DNA of 64,000 bases from Paracoccaceae bacterium (GTDB lineage Bacteria > Pseudomonadota > Alphaproteobacteria > Rhodobacterales > Rhodobacteraceae): the NCBI GenBank assembly GCA_049291415.1, contig JBATPI010000184.1, forward strand, positions 1,307 through 65,306. Reading direction: 5' to 3'. Shown here one piece after another: positions 29,782 to 38,572 of this stretch. A model generated the notes under the pieces. The model ran no database searches and had not been told where the DNA came from. It saw only the letters and a list, made by a program, of their open reading frames with translations. The translations under genes were made by a program, and so were the position numbers. Numbering within the stretch: the first letter of the stretch is position 1; every line of letters begins with the position of its first letter.

Positions 29782-31932
29782 TCAGATTCGAAGGTAAAGA
29801 CCAGTGGCCGATCCGGAAGTCCGGTTGGGCGACAGATCGGTGAGTATAGGCGTGGGTAGGCTTTGCGATGGCGCGGGCACAGGTGGCGGTGGGGCGGCGC
29901 GTCCGCCTGACCCGCCGTCAGACCCCGCCCACCGCCCAAAGCTGAGATCCAGCCTTTGATGTCCTGCCGTGCGCATTTCGGCAGCCAGCTCATCCGCGTT
30001 GCGTCGCAGCAGATCCAACGTATCGCGTCGCTCTGCCGAGACTGTCATAATCAGCCGATCTCCATCGCTGCGCAAATCTATCCGGACCTCGCCCAGCTCT
30101 TCCGGGGCCAGTCGCAGCTGTGTGACTTCGCTGTCCGATTGACCGACGGCCTGAACGATTTGAGTCGCCGCAGGGGGCGGTGGCGGCGTGGATGATATGG
30201 TGGCTGAATCTGTCCGGTGAACCTGTGGCAAGCGGTCGGTCAGCATCAACGCCGACATGGGCTGGGCCTCTACGATCTCTGGATCTGCCAGGCCCGAAGG
30301 CACGGTTTTAAGGAAAGAATCCTGAAAAAGTGACGTCGCCGTTCCAATTGCAGCGGGTAAAACGGTCCCAGCGCTATCGCCAAGGTCTTTGCTGACGACG
30401 TCATTTGACCCTATCTCAGCAGACATACTGGGGGGCAAGACCTTTGCCGGAAAGCTGGCTTCGGGACCGTCAGCTTGCCATGCCGACCGCAAGAGATTCT
30501 CATCCCCTCGTGTCTCAGGACGATGATGCACGGCAGTCATCTTTCTGGCAGCGCCAGCTGTCGAAACGGTCGTTGCAGCCGGTCCTGGCGTTGCCGTAGG
30601 CTGACCTGCCCCTGTCAGGCTGGTCGAAACCGGATCCGTTTGGAGTGCGGTGCCGGCTAACTGTGATGCTCCCAAGGGCGGGTCAAAGGTGCTTGTCACA
30701 AAGGAAATTTTGGGATTTGCGGCCAGTACTGTTTCGGTGGCCAGCGTGGGCACGGGGCCCTGAGGCACGACAAACCCTTGCACTCCGGCCTCATCTGGCC
30801 CGATGTTCCGCCGATCCGAGCGCGATTGGAATGCCTCTTCAGAAGGGGTGGTAGTAACCGGATCCGGTCGGGCCGACATGGAAAGCGGCTGGCTTGCAAA
30901 AGTGGTGAAGGTCGGTGCTGTCGCCTGATCTGACGGCGGTAGTTGGTTGGGCAGGTCCGGCACAGCGGCCGGGGTTGCGGCTGGCACAGCAGGCATGTCG
31001 GGGGCCAAAGCCAGTGGAAGTGGTCCGCTGTTTGCCCCTACTGCTTGCCATTCCAATCGCAACAGATGCGCGTCATCGCGGTTAGGAGGTTGATGATGCT
31101 CGGCAATCCTTCTGCTGGCAGGGCCTGACGGCGAAATGATCATTTCTGCCGAATCTGCCACCAACTCTGGTCCTCCTGCCAGGCCGGGAATGGAATCCGC
31201 CGGGCTGGCAGCAGATTGCTCGCCAACTCCGTCTGGCCCTAGGTCTTGGACGATTTGGGGCAATGCCGGGCGGAATTGATACCTTTCCCGGTCGGCTACG
31301 GTAGGGACCGCAGCGGTAAAGCGGTCTGGTATGGCTGCTGTAGATGACTGGTCAGCGATAGCGGCAGATGGATTCACTGTAGCCTGATCTGGCGGCAGCC
31401 CTGCGGCAACTTGCCCTGTGTCGAGCGTTCCTGATGTTGACAGAAGGAATCGGGTGGGTGCCGCAGTTGGTGTCTCGGGCACAGTCAGAAAGATGCTTTG
31501 CTCTTTTGCAGGCGGTGAATGACCCCGGTTCGGCCAGAACGCCTCGCCCTCCGTTTTCGAACCGAGGTCAGTGCCAGAAAGCGTCGAAATGGCCTGAGCA
31601 GAGATTTGGCCGCCCCTGACCTGGCCCGGCCCTTCGTCTATTGGGCGTTCAATCACCGGCCCCGACGCGGCAGCGGCGAAGGCCATTCCCGCGCCCGGCA
31701 TAGGATCTGGAATGATGAAAGCAGCGAACTGCATCATCGACTGGCATTCGGTGCCAGCTGTTGCAGGATCAGCCGCGTCCCCACGCAGCGGCCCCTGATC
31801 TGCCGGGTTGTCCAGCCTTGCAAGAACTCCAAACTGGTCCAGCGCATCCGTGACCTCCCCCTCCAGGCGCCCTGCAGTAACGGCCTGGGGGGCAATGATC
31901 GGTATTGCGGAATAATTCTGAATTTGGGTCAT
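29782..31932 (-). CDS. fliK: Flagellar hook-length control protein FliK-like (long Pro/Ala/Thr-rich N-region plus Flg_hook C-terminal domain)
   Basis: 716 aa. The C-terminal ..QLRLAPEELGEVRIDLRSDGDRLIMTVSAERRDTLDLLRRNADELAAEMRTAG.. matches the FliK C-domain pattern. It lies immediately upstream of flgD. Confidence 0.75.
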   Translation of the reverse strand: MTQIQNYSAIPIIAPQAVTAGRLEGEVTDALDQFGVLARLDNPADQGPLRGDAADPATAGTECQSMMQFAAFIIPDPMPGAGMAFAAAASGPVIERPIDEGPGQVRGGQISAQAISTLSGTDLGSKTEGEAFWPNRGHSPPAKEQSIFLTVPETPTAAPTRFLLSTSGTLDTGQVAAGLPPDQATVNPSAAIADQSSTAAIPDRFTAAVPTVADRERYQFRPALPQIVQDLGPDGVGEQSAASPADSIPGLAGGPELVADSAEMIISPSGPASRRIAEHHQPPNRDDAHLLRLEWQAVGANSGPLPLALAPDMPAVPAATPAAVPDLPNQLPPSDQATAPTFTTFASQPLSMSARPDPVTTTPSEEAFQSRSDRRNIGPDEAGVQGFVVPQGPVPTLATETVLAANPKISFVTSTFDPPLGASQLAGTALQTDPVSTSLTGAGQPTATPGPAATTVSTAGAARKMTAVHHRPETRGDENLLRSAWQADGPEASFPAKVLPPSMSAEIGSNDVVSKDLGDSAGTVLPAAIGTATSLFQDSFLKTVPSGLADPEIVEAQPMSALMLTDRLPQVHRTDSATISSTPPPPPAATQIVQAVGQSDSEVTQLRLAPEELGEVRIDLRSDGDRLIMTVSAERRDTLDLLRRNADELAAEMRTAGHQRLDLSFGRWAGSDGGSGGRAAPPPPVPAPSQSLPTPILTDLSPNRTSGSATGLYLRI

Positions 31933-32042
31933 CTGCCTGCGACTTCTGCCGGATACGCCCTCTTTTTTTACATCAAGGCATTACTACTTCTTTACCGTTC
32001 CAGCGAATAGTCGGGATAATCCGAACGAACCCAGGTGTTGAA

Positions 32043-32336
32043 ATGGACAAGATAGGATCTGCTCCGCCTCCCCTCGCCGGGGCCAGTCCGCTGACCCGGC
32101 GCGATGCCGCCCTGATGACGAAGGCCAAAGAGTTGGAAGCAGCGTTTTTGGCGGAAATGCTGGGGCATGCCGGGATGGACAGTGATGCGGACTCGTCATT
32201 CGGCGGGGGTATCGGCGAAAGCCAATTCGCTTCATTTCTTCGGCAGGAGCAGGCCAAACTGATGGTTGATCGCGGGGGCATTGGCCTGGCCGAATCGCTG
32301 TTCCGCGCAATGGGGGGCGGGGCCGGCGATGGCTGA
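32043..32336 (+). CDS. Rod-binding protein (FlgJ N-terminal-like, no muramidase domain)
   Basis: 97 aa from ATG 32043. ..KAKELEAAFLAEMLGHAG..SQFASFLRQEQAKLMVDRGGIGLAESLFRAM fits the Rod_binding pattern. Confidence 0.65.
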   Translation: MDKIGSAPPPLAGASPLTRRDAALMTKAKELEAAFLAEMLGHAGMDSDADSSFGGGIGESQFASFLRQEQAKLMVDRGGIGLAESLFRAMGGGAGDG

Positions 32337-32655
32337 CTTTTCCCAACTTGAAACAATCATGGATGAAACACTTGCGGCGTTGAAACGGGGTGATCTTCCG
32401 GGTTTGGCGGCGCTGACAGCCCGTTCGGATGCCGCATTGGAGGCGGGGGGAGCCTGTGATCTGGCCTTGGCGCAGCGGTTGCAGGCCAAGGCACAGAAGG
32501 CTGCACGGATGATTGCGGCCGCCAGCAAGGGGGTAAAGGCCGCGCGCCAGCGGGTCCAGGATCTGACAACCGAAGGGCGGTTCTCAACATATGATTCGGG
32601 CGGTCGGCGGGATCAGGTCGGGGTGTCCCCTGCAATGGCAGCGCGGCGGCTGTGA
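32329..32655 (+). CDS. Hypothetical 108-aa flagellar-cluster protein (helical; FlgN-like chaperone is a guess)
   Basis: The ATG at 32329 overlaps the preceding gene by 8 nt. The product is helical, Ala/Leu-rich and has no TM segment. Position is between the rod-binding protein and flagellin. Confidence 0.4.
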   Translation: MADFSQLETIMDETLAALKRGDLPGLAALTARSDAALEAGGACDLALAQRLQAKAQKAARMIAAASKGVKAARQRVQDLTTEGRFSTYDSGGRRDQVGVSPAMAARRL

Positions 32656-32875
32656 TTGCGAAATGTCGCATCAAATGCTGTTGATTTAGTGGCAGATCGG
32701 GCGGCCGGTCTTTAGTCTTTGGTAACCGCGACCGTCGCATTCTTTCCCTTGCATCCCATGACGGGGTGGCACTGCGGGCACTGCCCTTCAGTAACGGCCA
32801 GAACGCTGAAAGTGCCGCGCCATGCGGCGAACTACGCTCCGCGCAAAGCGCTGGAAGCCATGAAAGGAAATTGGA

Positions 32876-34120
32876 ATGTCGTCCATTCTGACGAATACCG
32901 GTGCAATGGTCGCCCTGCAGACGATGAAGGGTGTCAACAAGAACATGGGCATGGTCCAGTCCGAGATTTCTACCGGAAAATCGGTGAACTCGGCCAAGGA
33001 CAATGCCGCCGTCTGGGCCATCTCGAAGGTGATGGAATCTGACGTCAAAAGCTTCAAGGGAATTTCCGACAGCCTGTCGCTGGGGTCTTCGACCGTGACC
33101 GTAGCGCGCAAGGCCGCGGAAACCGTGACGAACCTGTTGACGGAAATGAAGGGAAAGATTGTAGCCGCACAGGCAGACAACGTTGACCGGACAAAGATCC
33201 AGGCCGACGTCAGCAAGCTGCGTGAGCAGATTGTGTCGGTTGTGGGCGCCGCGCAGTTCAACGGCCAGAACATGGTCAACAACGGCGATACGGTGGAAAT
33301 TCTTGCTTCGCTCGACCGCTCGGACGCAGGCGTGAAGGCGTCCCATATTTCGGTTGTGGGCCAAGATCTGTCAACTGGCGGCTATGTTGCAAAAGCGGCA
33401 TTCACCGGCACGACGGGGGTCTCGACCGATGCTGACGCCGCCGTCATGTCGTTGGCCAAAGCGGACACCACCGGTGTTGGTCTGGTGCTGAGCAGTGCTG
33501 TAACCTACGCGGCGGGCGACCGGATCTCTATCGCGCTAGGTGACAAGACCGTCGGCTACACTGTCTCGGCCGAAGATGCCGCACAGACTGCCACTGCGCA
33601 GACCAACATCATCGCCGCGGGCCTGAAATCGGCTGTGGATTCCCTGGGCATCACCGACCTTCGTGTTGATTTTGCCGCGAACGATGGCACCGACGAAGCG
33701 ACGTTGACCTTCAAGACCGCCAACACCAACGGTGACTTGACAACGTCACTGGCCAAAGACCTGACAATCTCGGCCCAGTTCAAGAATGCTGGCTCGGGCG
33801 GCCTTGCGACGCTGGATACGATTGACGTTTCCACTGATACTGGCGCCGCTTCGGCGCTGGGCAATATCGAGGACCTGTTGAAGACGTCAATCAATGCGGC
33901 AGCTGAATTCGGCTCTTCCCAAAAGCAGATCGAGATTCAGGCCGACTTTGTTGGCGAATTGTCCGATGCGCTGAAAGCGGGCATCGGTACGATGGTCGAT
34001 GCCGATATGGAAGAGGCCAGCGCGCGGTTGCAGGCGCTGCAGGTGCAGCAGCAGCTGGGCATCCAGGCGCTGTCGATCGCCAACCAGCAGCCGCAGAACC
34101 TGCTGTCGCTGTTCCGGTAA
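32876..34120 (+). CDS. fliC: Flagellin
   Basis: 414 aa. N-terminal MSSILTNTGAMVALQTMKGVNKNMGMVQSEISTGKSVNSAKDNAAVWAI and C-terminal ..ARLQALQVQQQLGIQALSIANQQPQNLLSLFR, the conserved flagellin D0/D1 termini. Confidence 0.95.
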   Translation: MSSILTNTGAMVALQTMKGVNKNMGMVQSEISTGKSVNSAKDNAAVWAISKVMESDVKSFKGISDSLSLGSSTVTVARKAAETVTNLLTEMKGKIVAAQADNVDRTKIQADVSKLREQIVSVVGAAQFNGQNMVNNGDTVEILASLDRSDAGVKASHISVVGQDLSTGGYVAKAAFTGTTGVSTDADAAVMSLAKADTTGVGLVLSSAVTYAAGDRISIALGDKTVGYTVSAEDAAQTATAQTNIIAAGLKSAVDSLGITDLRVDFAANDGTDEATLTFKTANTNGDLTTSLAKDLTISAQFKNAGSGGLATLDTIDVSTDTGAASALGNIEDLLKTSINAAAEFGSSQKQIEIQADFVGELSDALKAGIGTMVDADMEEASARLQALQVQQQLGIQALSIANQQPQNLLSLFR

Positions 34121-34128
34121 GGAAATTG

Positions 34129-34150
34129 GCCGGGGCCCTAGGGCCCCGGC
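34129..34150 (+). terminator. Perfect 22-bp palindrome GCCGGGGCCCTAGGGCCCCGGC after flagellin (probable terminator)
   Basis: Starts 9 nt after the flagellin stop and is followed by ACCCCTTTCCTTGATTT. Confidence 0.6.
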
Positions 34151-34191
34151 ACCCCTTTCCTTGATTTCCCCAAAAACCGGAACCCCATGAA

Positions 34192-34563
34192 ATGACATCT
34201 TATTCCAATCTTGCCTACGCGCATCCATCGGCTCCAACGCGGACACCGCGCGCTGCCGAATATGAGGTGATCGCCAGGATCACCCAGCGTCTTTCAACCG
34301 CTTCGGCGCGGCGCAACGAAAACCATCCCGCCTTTGTCGAGGCGCTGGCCTTGAATGAGCAGCTTTGGTCAACGCTGGCGGTAGATGTGGCAGGTGAGGG
34401 CAACGGCTTGCCCCAGGCGCTGCGGGCGCGGCTTTTCTACCTCTACCAATTTACGGCTGAGCACAGTCGCAAGGTTCGCAGCGGTGACGCTAATCCCGAA
34501 GTGCTGATCGAGATCAACACTGCAGTCCTGCGCGGCTTGCGCGGTGATGGGGGTGCGTCATGA
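34192..34563 (+). CDS. flaF: Flagellar biosynthesis regulator FlaF
   Basis: 123 aa. ..EYEVIARITQRL..ALNEQLWSTLAVDVAGEGNGLPQALRARLFYLYQFTAEHSRKV.. fits the FlaF pattern. Paired with flbT, as in Caulobacter and the Rhizobiales. Confidence 0.8.
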   Translation: MTSYSNLAYAHPSAPTRTPRAAEYEVIARITQRLSTASARRNENHPAFVEALALNEQLWSTLAVDVAGEGNGLPQALRARLFYLYQFTAEHSRKVRSGDANPEVLIEINTAVLRGLRGDGGAS

Positions 34564-34964
34564 CCGGTCTTGTCCTAAAGCTGGGTCCACATGAGCGCGT
34601 GCTGATAAACGGTGCAGTGATCGAGAACGGCGAAAAGCGGTCTCGTCTGGCGATCATGACGCCCAATGCGAATATCCTGCGCCTGCGCGACGCCATCCAC
34701 CCCGAAGAGGTAAACACGCCCGTCCGACGCGTCTGCTATATTGCGCAGCTGATCCTGTCGGGCGATGCGGATGCGGGCGATACCCGCCATCAGTTATTGC
34801 GCGGAATAGAACAGCTGAGTCAGGTCCTGACAGACCCAGACAGCCGATCCTTGCTCAGCCAAGCCAGCGCTGCCGTTCTTGAGGATCAGCACTATCAGGT
34901 CCTGAAGGCCCTTCGCAGTCTCTTGCCCAGGGAAGAGCGCCTCTTTGCCTCTGGCCGGGCTTGA
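34560..34964 (+). CDS. flbT: Flagellin translational repressor FlbT
   Basis: 134 aa. MTGLVLKLGPHERVLINGAVIENGEKRSRLAI..ILRLRDAIHPEEVNTPVRRVCYIAQL.. is collinear with Caulobacter FlbT. A 4-nt overlap links it to flaF. Confidence 0.85.
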   Translation: MTGLVLKLGPHERVLINGAVIENGEKRSRLAIMTPNANILRLRDAIHPEEVNTPVRRVCYIAQLILSGDADAGDTRHQLLRGIEQLSQVLTDPDSRSLLSQASAAVLEDQHYQVLKALRSLLPREERLFASGRA

Positions 34965-35761
34965 GTTTTCAGCCAGTCATACCCTTTGGGGGCTCTGCTG
35001 GCTGGGCTTTCCTGAAGCGCACAATGGCCGCACAGCAAGTGGCGCTTCAGGCTACCACGGCCGCAAAAAACGATGAGGCCTATTTTCGGGAGAATATCGG
35101 AAAAATAGAAACCGCTGATGACCTGATTTCGGACCGCCGGCTTTTGACGGTCGCCCTGACCGCCTATGGGTTAGAGGGCGACCTGAAAAACAAGGCTTTC
35201 ATCCGCAAAGTTCTGGAAGATGGAACGCTGACGGACGGCGCCCTGTCTGGCCGTCTTGCAAACAAACAATATGAACGTCTTTCGGCCGACTTTGGGTTTG
35301 GCGATTTTGCAATTCCCAGATCAAAACAATCCGACTTTGCCGACAAGATCCTGGCCAAGTTTCGAACGAACCAGTTTGAAACGGCTGTCGGAAACCAGAA
35401 CAACGACATGCGCCTGGCGCTGAACACAGAGCGGGAACTGGTGGACCTGGCCGCGCAACCGGGTAGTGAGGATACCAAGTGGTTCACAATCATGGGAAAT
35501 GCTCCACTTCGGACAACTTTTCAAACCGCCCTTGGGTTGCCAGCCAGTTTCGCCTCGATTGATCTGGACCAACAGTTGGGGGTGTTGAAAAGCCGTGCAC
35601 AAGCAATGTTCGGCGCGGACAGCGTCAGTCAATTCAGCGATCCGGAGAAAGTGAATAAACTGGTCCGCACCTTCCTGGCCCGCAGCGAGATCTCAGCCAT
35701 TGGTTCGACTTTGGGTTCGCCTTCGGTTGCCCTGCAGCTTTTACAATCGATACGCCGATAG
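34961..35761 (+). CDS. DUF1217-like flagellar-cluster protein
   Basis: 266 aa with a TTG start overlapping the flbT stop. ..GWAFLKRT..YFRENIGKI.TADDLISDRRLLTVALTAYGLEGD.. is recalled as the DUF1217 signature found in alphaproteobacterial flagellar loci. Confidence 0.6.
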   Translation: MSFQPVIPFGGSAGWAFLKRTMAAQQVALQATTAAKNDEAYFRENIGKIETADDLISDRRLLTVALTAYGLEGDLKNKAFIRKVLEDGTLTDGALSGRLANKQYERLSADFGFGDFAIPRSKQSDFADKILAKFRTNQFETAVGNQNNDMRLALNTERELVDLAAQPGSEDTKWFTIMGNAPLRTTFQTALGLPASFASIDLDQQLGVLKSRAQAMFGADSVSQFSDPEKVNKLVRTFLARSEISAIGSTLGSPSVALQLLQSIRR

Positions 35762-35834
35762 GCGGTAAAGCTCTGCTTTTCCTCGGGACTTGCCAGCTTG
35801 CGGGAAATCGCAAATAGTCAAACATCTTTCCGAA

Positions 35835-37145
35835 CTATCCTTTCAGGCAGGCCTGCAGTCGGTCAAAGCTTGCCGCGGCTCCGCCAGGTGGCGATTCTTC
35901 GGCCAGAAAGCCATCCAGACCCGGCCATAGCCGGATCGCCCGGTCAACGGCGGCATCCGTACCGGGGACATATAGCCCGGCCTGTACCATCATCTCGGCT
36001 CTATCATAGGCACCCAATGTGCGTCTGGCGTCCAGTATCATGGCATTTTCGGCACTGCTGGCGGCGTCCGGCAGACTGCGCGAGACCGACCTCAACAGAT
36101 CGATAGCCGGATAGCGCCCCCGCTCTGCAATCTTGCGGTCCAAGACAACATGACCATCCAATGTGCCGCGGATAATATCGGCCACCGGCTCTTCCATATC
36201 CGAGCCGGCCACCAAGACTGAGAACACCGCCGTGATATCGCCAGAAGTATCAGCACCGGGTCCGGCGCGTTCGGCCAGGCTCATGATCGCGTGTGCGGTT
36301 GAGGGTGGATACCCACGCAACGACGCCGATTCGCCCGAGGCCAGCGCCACCTCACGGTGAGCCTCAGCATAGCGGGTGACGGAATCGACCAAAAGCAGCA
36401 CATGCAGGCCCTGGTCGCGAAAATGTTCGGCCACCGCCATGGCTGACAGTGCGCAACGCCGGCGCATCAAGGGTGACTGGTCGGATGTCGCTGTGATCAC
36501 GACAGATCGCGCCATTCCCTCGCGACCCAAAACCCGGTCCGTGAAATCACGCAGCTCGCGCCCGCGTTCACCGACCAAGGCGATAACGGCCACATCCGCC
36601 GACACCCCGCGTGCAAACTTGGCCAAAAGTGAGGATTTTCCGACACCCGACCCGGCGAAAAGTCCGATTCGTTGACCTCGGACCAAAGGCAAAAGCGTAT
36701 CGAAAACCGCCACCCCGGTTGTCAGCCGCTCTCCCATTGTGCGGCGGCTGGCGGCCGGGGGAGGACCTGCGTTCATGGGTCGCCGGACAGCGCCGCGCAT
36801 CAACGGTCGCCCATCCAGCGGCTGCCCCAACGGATCAACAATCCGCCCTAGCCAGCTGTGATCCGGGGCGATCCAGGTTGGGCCGATCAGCTCAACTTTT
36901 GCCCCGATGGTCAGGCCTTCGGGGTCATCTTCGGGCAGGATTGTTGCGCCTTTCGCTGACAGACGGACGATTTCTCCGCCCAGTGGCCCGGCTCCGGTTT
37001 CCGCAAGAACACGGTCGCCAAGCGCTGCCTGCGCCAGTCCGGCCACCAGAAATGTGCCGCGACCGGTCTCAACGACGCGGCCGATGGCACGGACGGGGGC
37101 CACATCGGCAATACCGGCCTGCAGTGCATCAAAGATTCCAGCCAC
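35835..37145 (-). CDS. fliI: Flagellum-specific ATPase FliI
   Basis: Walker A GLFAGSGVGKSSLL and Walker B LLLVDSVTRYA. The start is probably the GTG at 37145, after GGGGA, giving 436 aa. The longer track ORF would run into the flgB promoter region. Confidence 0.9.
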   Translation of the reverse strand: MAGIFDALQAGIADVAPVRAIGRVVETGRGTFLVAGLAQAALGDRVLAETGAGPLGGEIVRLSAKGATILPEDDPEGLTIGAKVELIGPTWIAPDHSWLGRIVDPLGQPLDGRPLMRGAVRRPMNAGPPPAASRRTMGERLTTGVAVFDTLLPLVRGQRIGLFAGSGVGKSSLLAKFARGVSADVAVIALVGERGRELRDFTDRVLGREGMARSVVITATSDQSPLMRRRCALSAMAVAEHFRDQGLHVLLLVDSVTRYAEAHREVALASGESASLRGYPPSTAHAIMSLAERAGPGADTSGDITAVFSVLVAGSDMEEPVADIIRGTLDGHVVLDRKIAERGRYPAIDLLRSVSRSLPDAASSAENAMILDARRTLGAYDRAEMMVQAGLYVPGTDAAVDRAIRLWPGLDGFLAEESPPGGAAASFDRLQACLKG

Positions 37146-37229
37146 GATGATCCCCGTTTGTTCACTGATTACTCTTTCTAAAGGAATCACCCTTAAGCCT
37201 TGGTGAAGTTGGTCGAGGGAGAAGCCCCG

Positions 37230-37613
37230 ATGTTTGAGAAATTGGAACTTACCAAAATGGCGCAGGCGCTGGCCTCCCATGCTGGCAGTCGGATGGGTGT
37301 GATTGCGAAGAACATCGCGCACGCCGATACACCTGGGTTCAAGGCGCAGGATGTCGCCGATTTCGCCTCTGTCTGGCAAGACAGCGGCCAGGATATGCGC
37401 GCAACGCGCCCCGGCCATCTGGCTGCGCCGGCGCGCATGGCCGCCGCCGTTCCCTTCGACAGTGGCGGATCAGAATCGCCGAACGGCAACTCTGTCTCGC
37501 TGGAAAAAGAGATGGTGAAGTCGGTTGAGGCGCGGCAAGAGCATGAAATGGCGTTGGCGATCTACCGGTCCACGTCCGAAGTGATCCGCGCTTCTCTCGG
37601 CCGTCAGCGGTAG
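37230..37613 (+). CDS. flgB: Flagellar basal-body rod protein FlgB
   Basis: Starts at ATG 37230 (MFEKLELTKMAQALASHAGSRMGVIAKNIAHADTPGFKAQDV). 127 aa. Confidence 0.9.
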   Translation: MFEKLELTKMAQALASHAGSRMGVIAKNIAHADTPGFKAQDVADFASVWQDSGQDMRATRPGHLAAPARMAAAVPFDSGGSESPNGNSVSLEKEMVKSVEARQEHEMALAIYRSTSEVIRASLGRQR

Positions 37614-37622
37614 GGGGCCTAG

Positions 37623-38003
37623 ATGAACGATCTTATAACATCACTGTCCTTTGCCGCCTCTGGGATGGAGGCGCAGGCCACGCGGCTGCGGCATGTTTCC
37701 GAGAATATCGCCAATGTCGACACCCCTGGTTACCACCGTAAGGTGATGTCCTTTGATGAGGCCATGGATACCGGCTTGGTGGAATCGGGCGCCGTCAGAT
37801 TGGATCAATCCGATCTGGTGCGCATTTATGATCCGGGCAATCCGCTGGCGGATGAAACCGGGCATTATGACGGATCAAATGTCGATCTTGTAATCGAGAT
37901 CGCAGACGCGCGCGAAGCGCAGCGCAGCTATGAGGCGAACCTCAAACTTTTCGATCAGGCGCGGCAAATGACGCAGAGCCTGTTTGATCTGTTGCGGCGG
38001 TAA
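37623..38003 (+). CDS. flgC: Flagellar basal-body rod protein FlgC
   Basis: 126 aa. ..SGMEAQATRLRHVSENIANVDTPGYHRK.. and C-terminal ..REAQRSYEANLKLFDQARQM. Confidence 0.9.
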   Translation: MNDLITSLSFAASGMEAQATRLRHVSENIANVDTPGYHRKVMSFDEAMDTGLVESGAVRLDQSDLVRIYDPGNPLADETGHYDGSNVDLVIEIADAREAQRSYEANLKLFDQARQMTQSLFDLLRR

Positions 38004-38015
38004 GGAGAGACCGGA

Positions 38016-38306
38016 ATGGATATGAAAACCTCTTTTGCTGCACAGACCTATGCGCAGGCCAGAACGGCCGCCGCGCCAAAACCCGGCACACCTGATACGG
38101 GCGGCGGCTTGGGTCAATTCGCCAGCGCCTTTACCGAGTCGCTGAAGAACCACGAAGCAACGGCCCGCGCCGCCATGACAGGTGGCGCGGATCCCCATGC
38201 GCTGGTTGAGGCGCTGGCCTCATCGCAATTGGCGGTGGAGACGGTTGCCACCGTGCGCGACCGGGTGGTCGAGGCCTATCAGGAGATCCTGAGGATGCCG
38301 ATATGA
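38016..38306 (+). CDS. fliE: Flagellar hook-basal body complex protein FliE
   Basis: 96 aa. C-terminal ..ALASSQLAVETVATVRDRVVEAYQEILRMPI matches the FliE signature. Confidence 0.85.
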   Translation: MDMKTSFAAQTYAQARTAAAPKPGTPDTGGGLGQFASAFTESLKNHEATARAAMTGGADPHALVEALASSQLAVETVATVRDRVVEAYQEILRMPI

Positions 38307-38569
38307 CCGAAGCCGATATCTTTGACGTCCTGCGTCAGGGACTGTGGGTCGCCACCATGATCTCAAGCCCGCTTCTGACCGTGGCTCTGGTGACTGGCGT
38401 GACAATCGGCCTTTTGCAGGCCCTGACCTCGGTGCAGGAAATGACACTGACCTTCGTGCCGAAGGTGGGCGCGATGCTGGCGGTGTTCTGGGTCTCGATG
38501 AGCTTCATGACCTCAACCCTGGTTTCGTTTTTCACCGACACCATCATTCCCAGAATTGCGGGGGGATAG
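38303..38569 (+). CDS. fliQ: Flagellar export apparatus protein FliQ
   Basis: 88 aa with two TM segments. ..LWVATMISSPLLTVALVTGVTIGLLQALTSVQEMTLTFVPK.. Confidence 0.9.
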   Translation: MTEADIFDVLRQGLWVATMISSPLLTVALVTGVTIGLLQALTSVQEMTLTFVPKVGAMLAVFWVSMSFMTSTLVSFFTDTIIPRIAGG

Positions 38570-38572
38570 GCG

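Noticed and set aside
32656-32875. Sigma-54 (-24/-12) promoter upstream of flagellin (TGGCAC at about 32769)
   Set aside because: TGGCAC is present, but no correctly spaced TTGC/GC -12 element follows. Other GG..GC pairs have the wrong spacing.
37193-37207. TTAA-N7-TGAA upstream of flgB as a CtrA box
   Set aside because: It has one mismatch and lies only ~25 nt from the flgB start codon. That leaves little room for a promoter and leader, so it is too weak to list as a feature.
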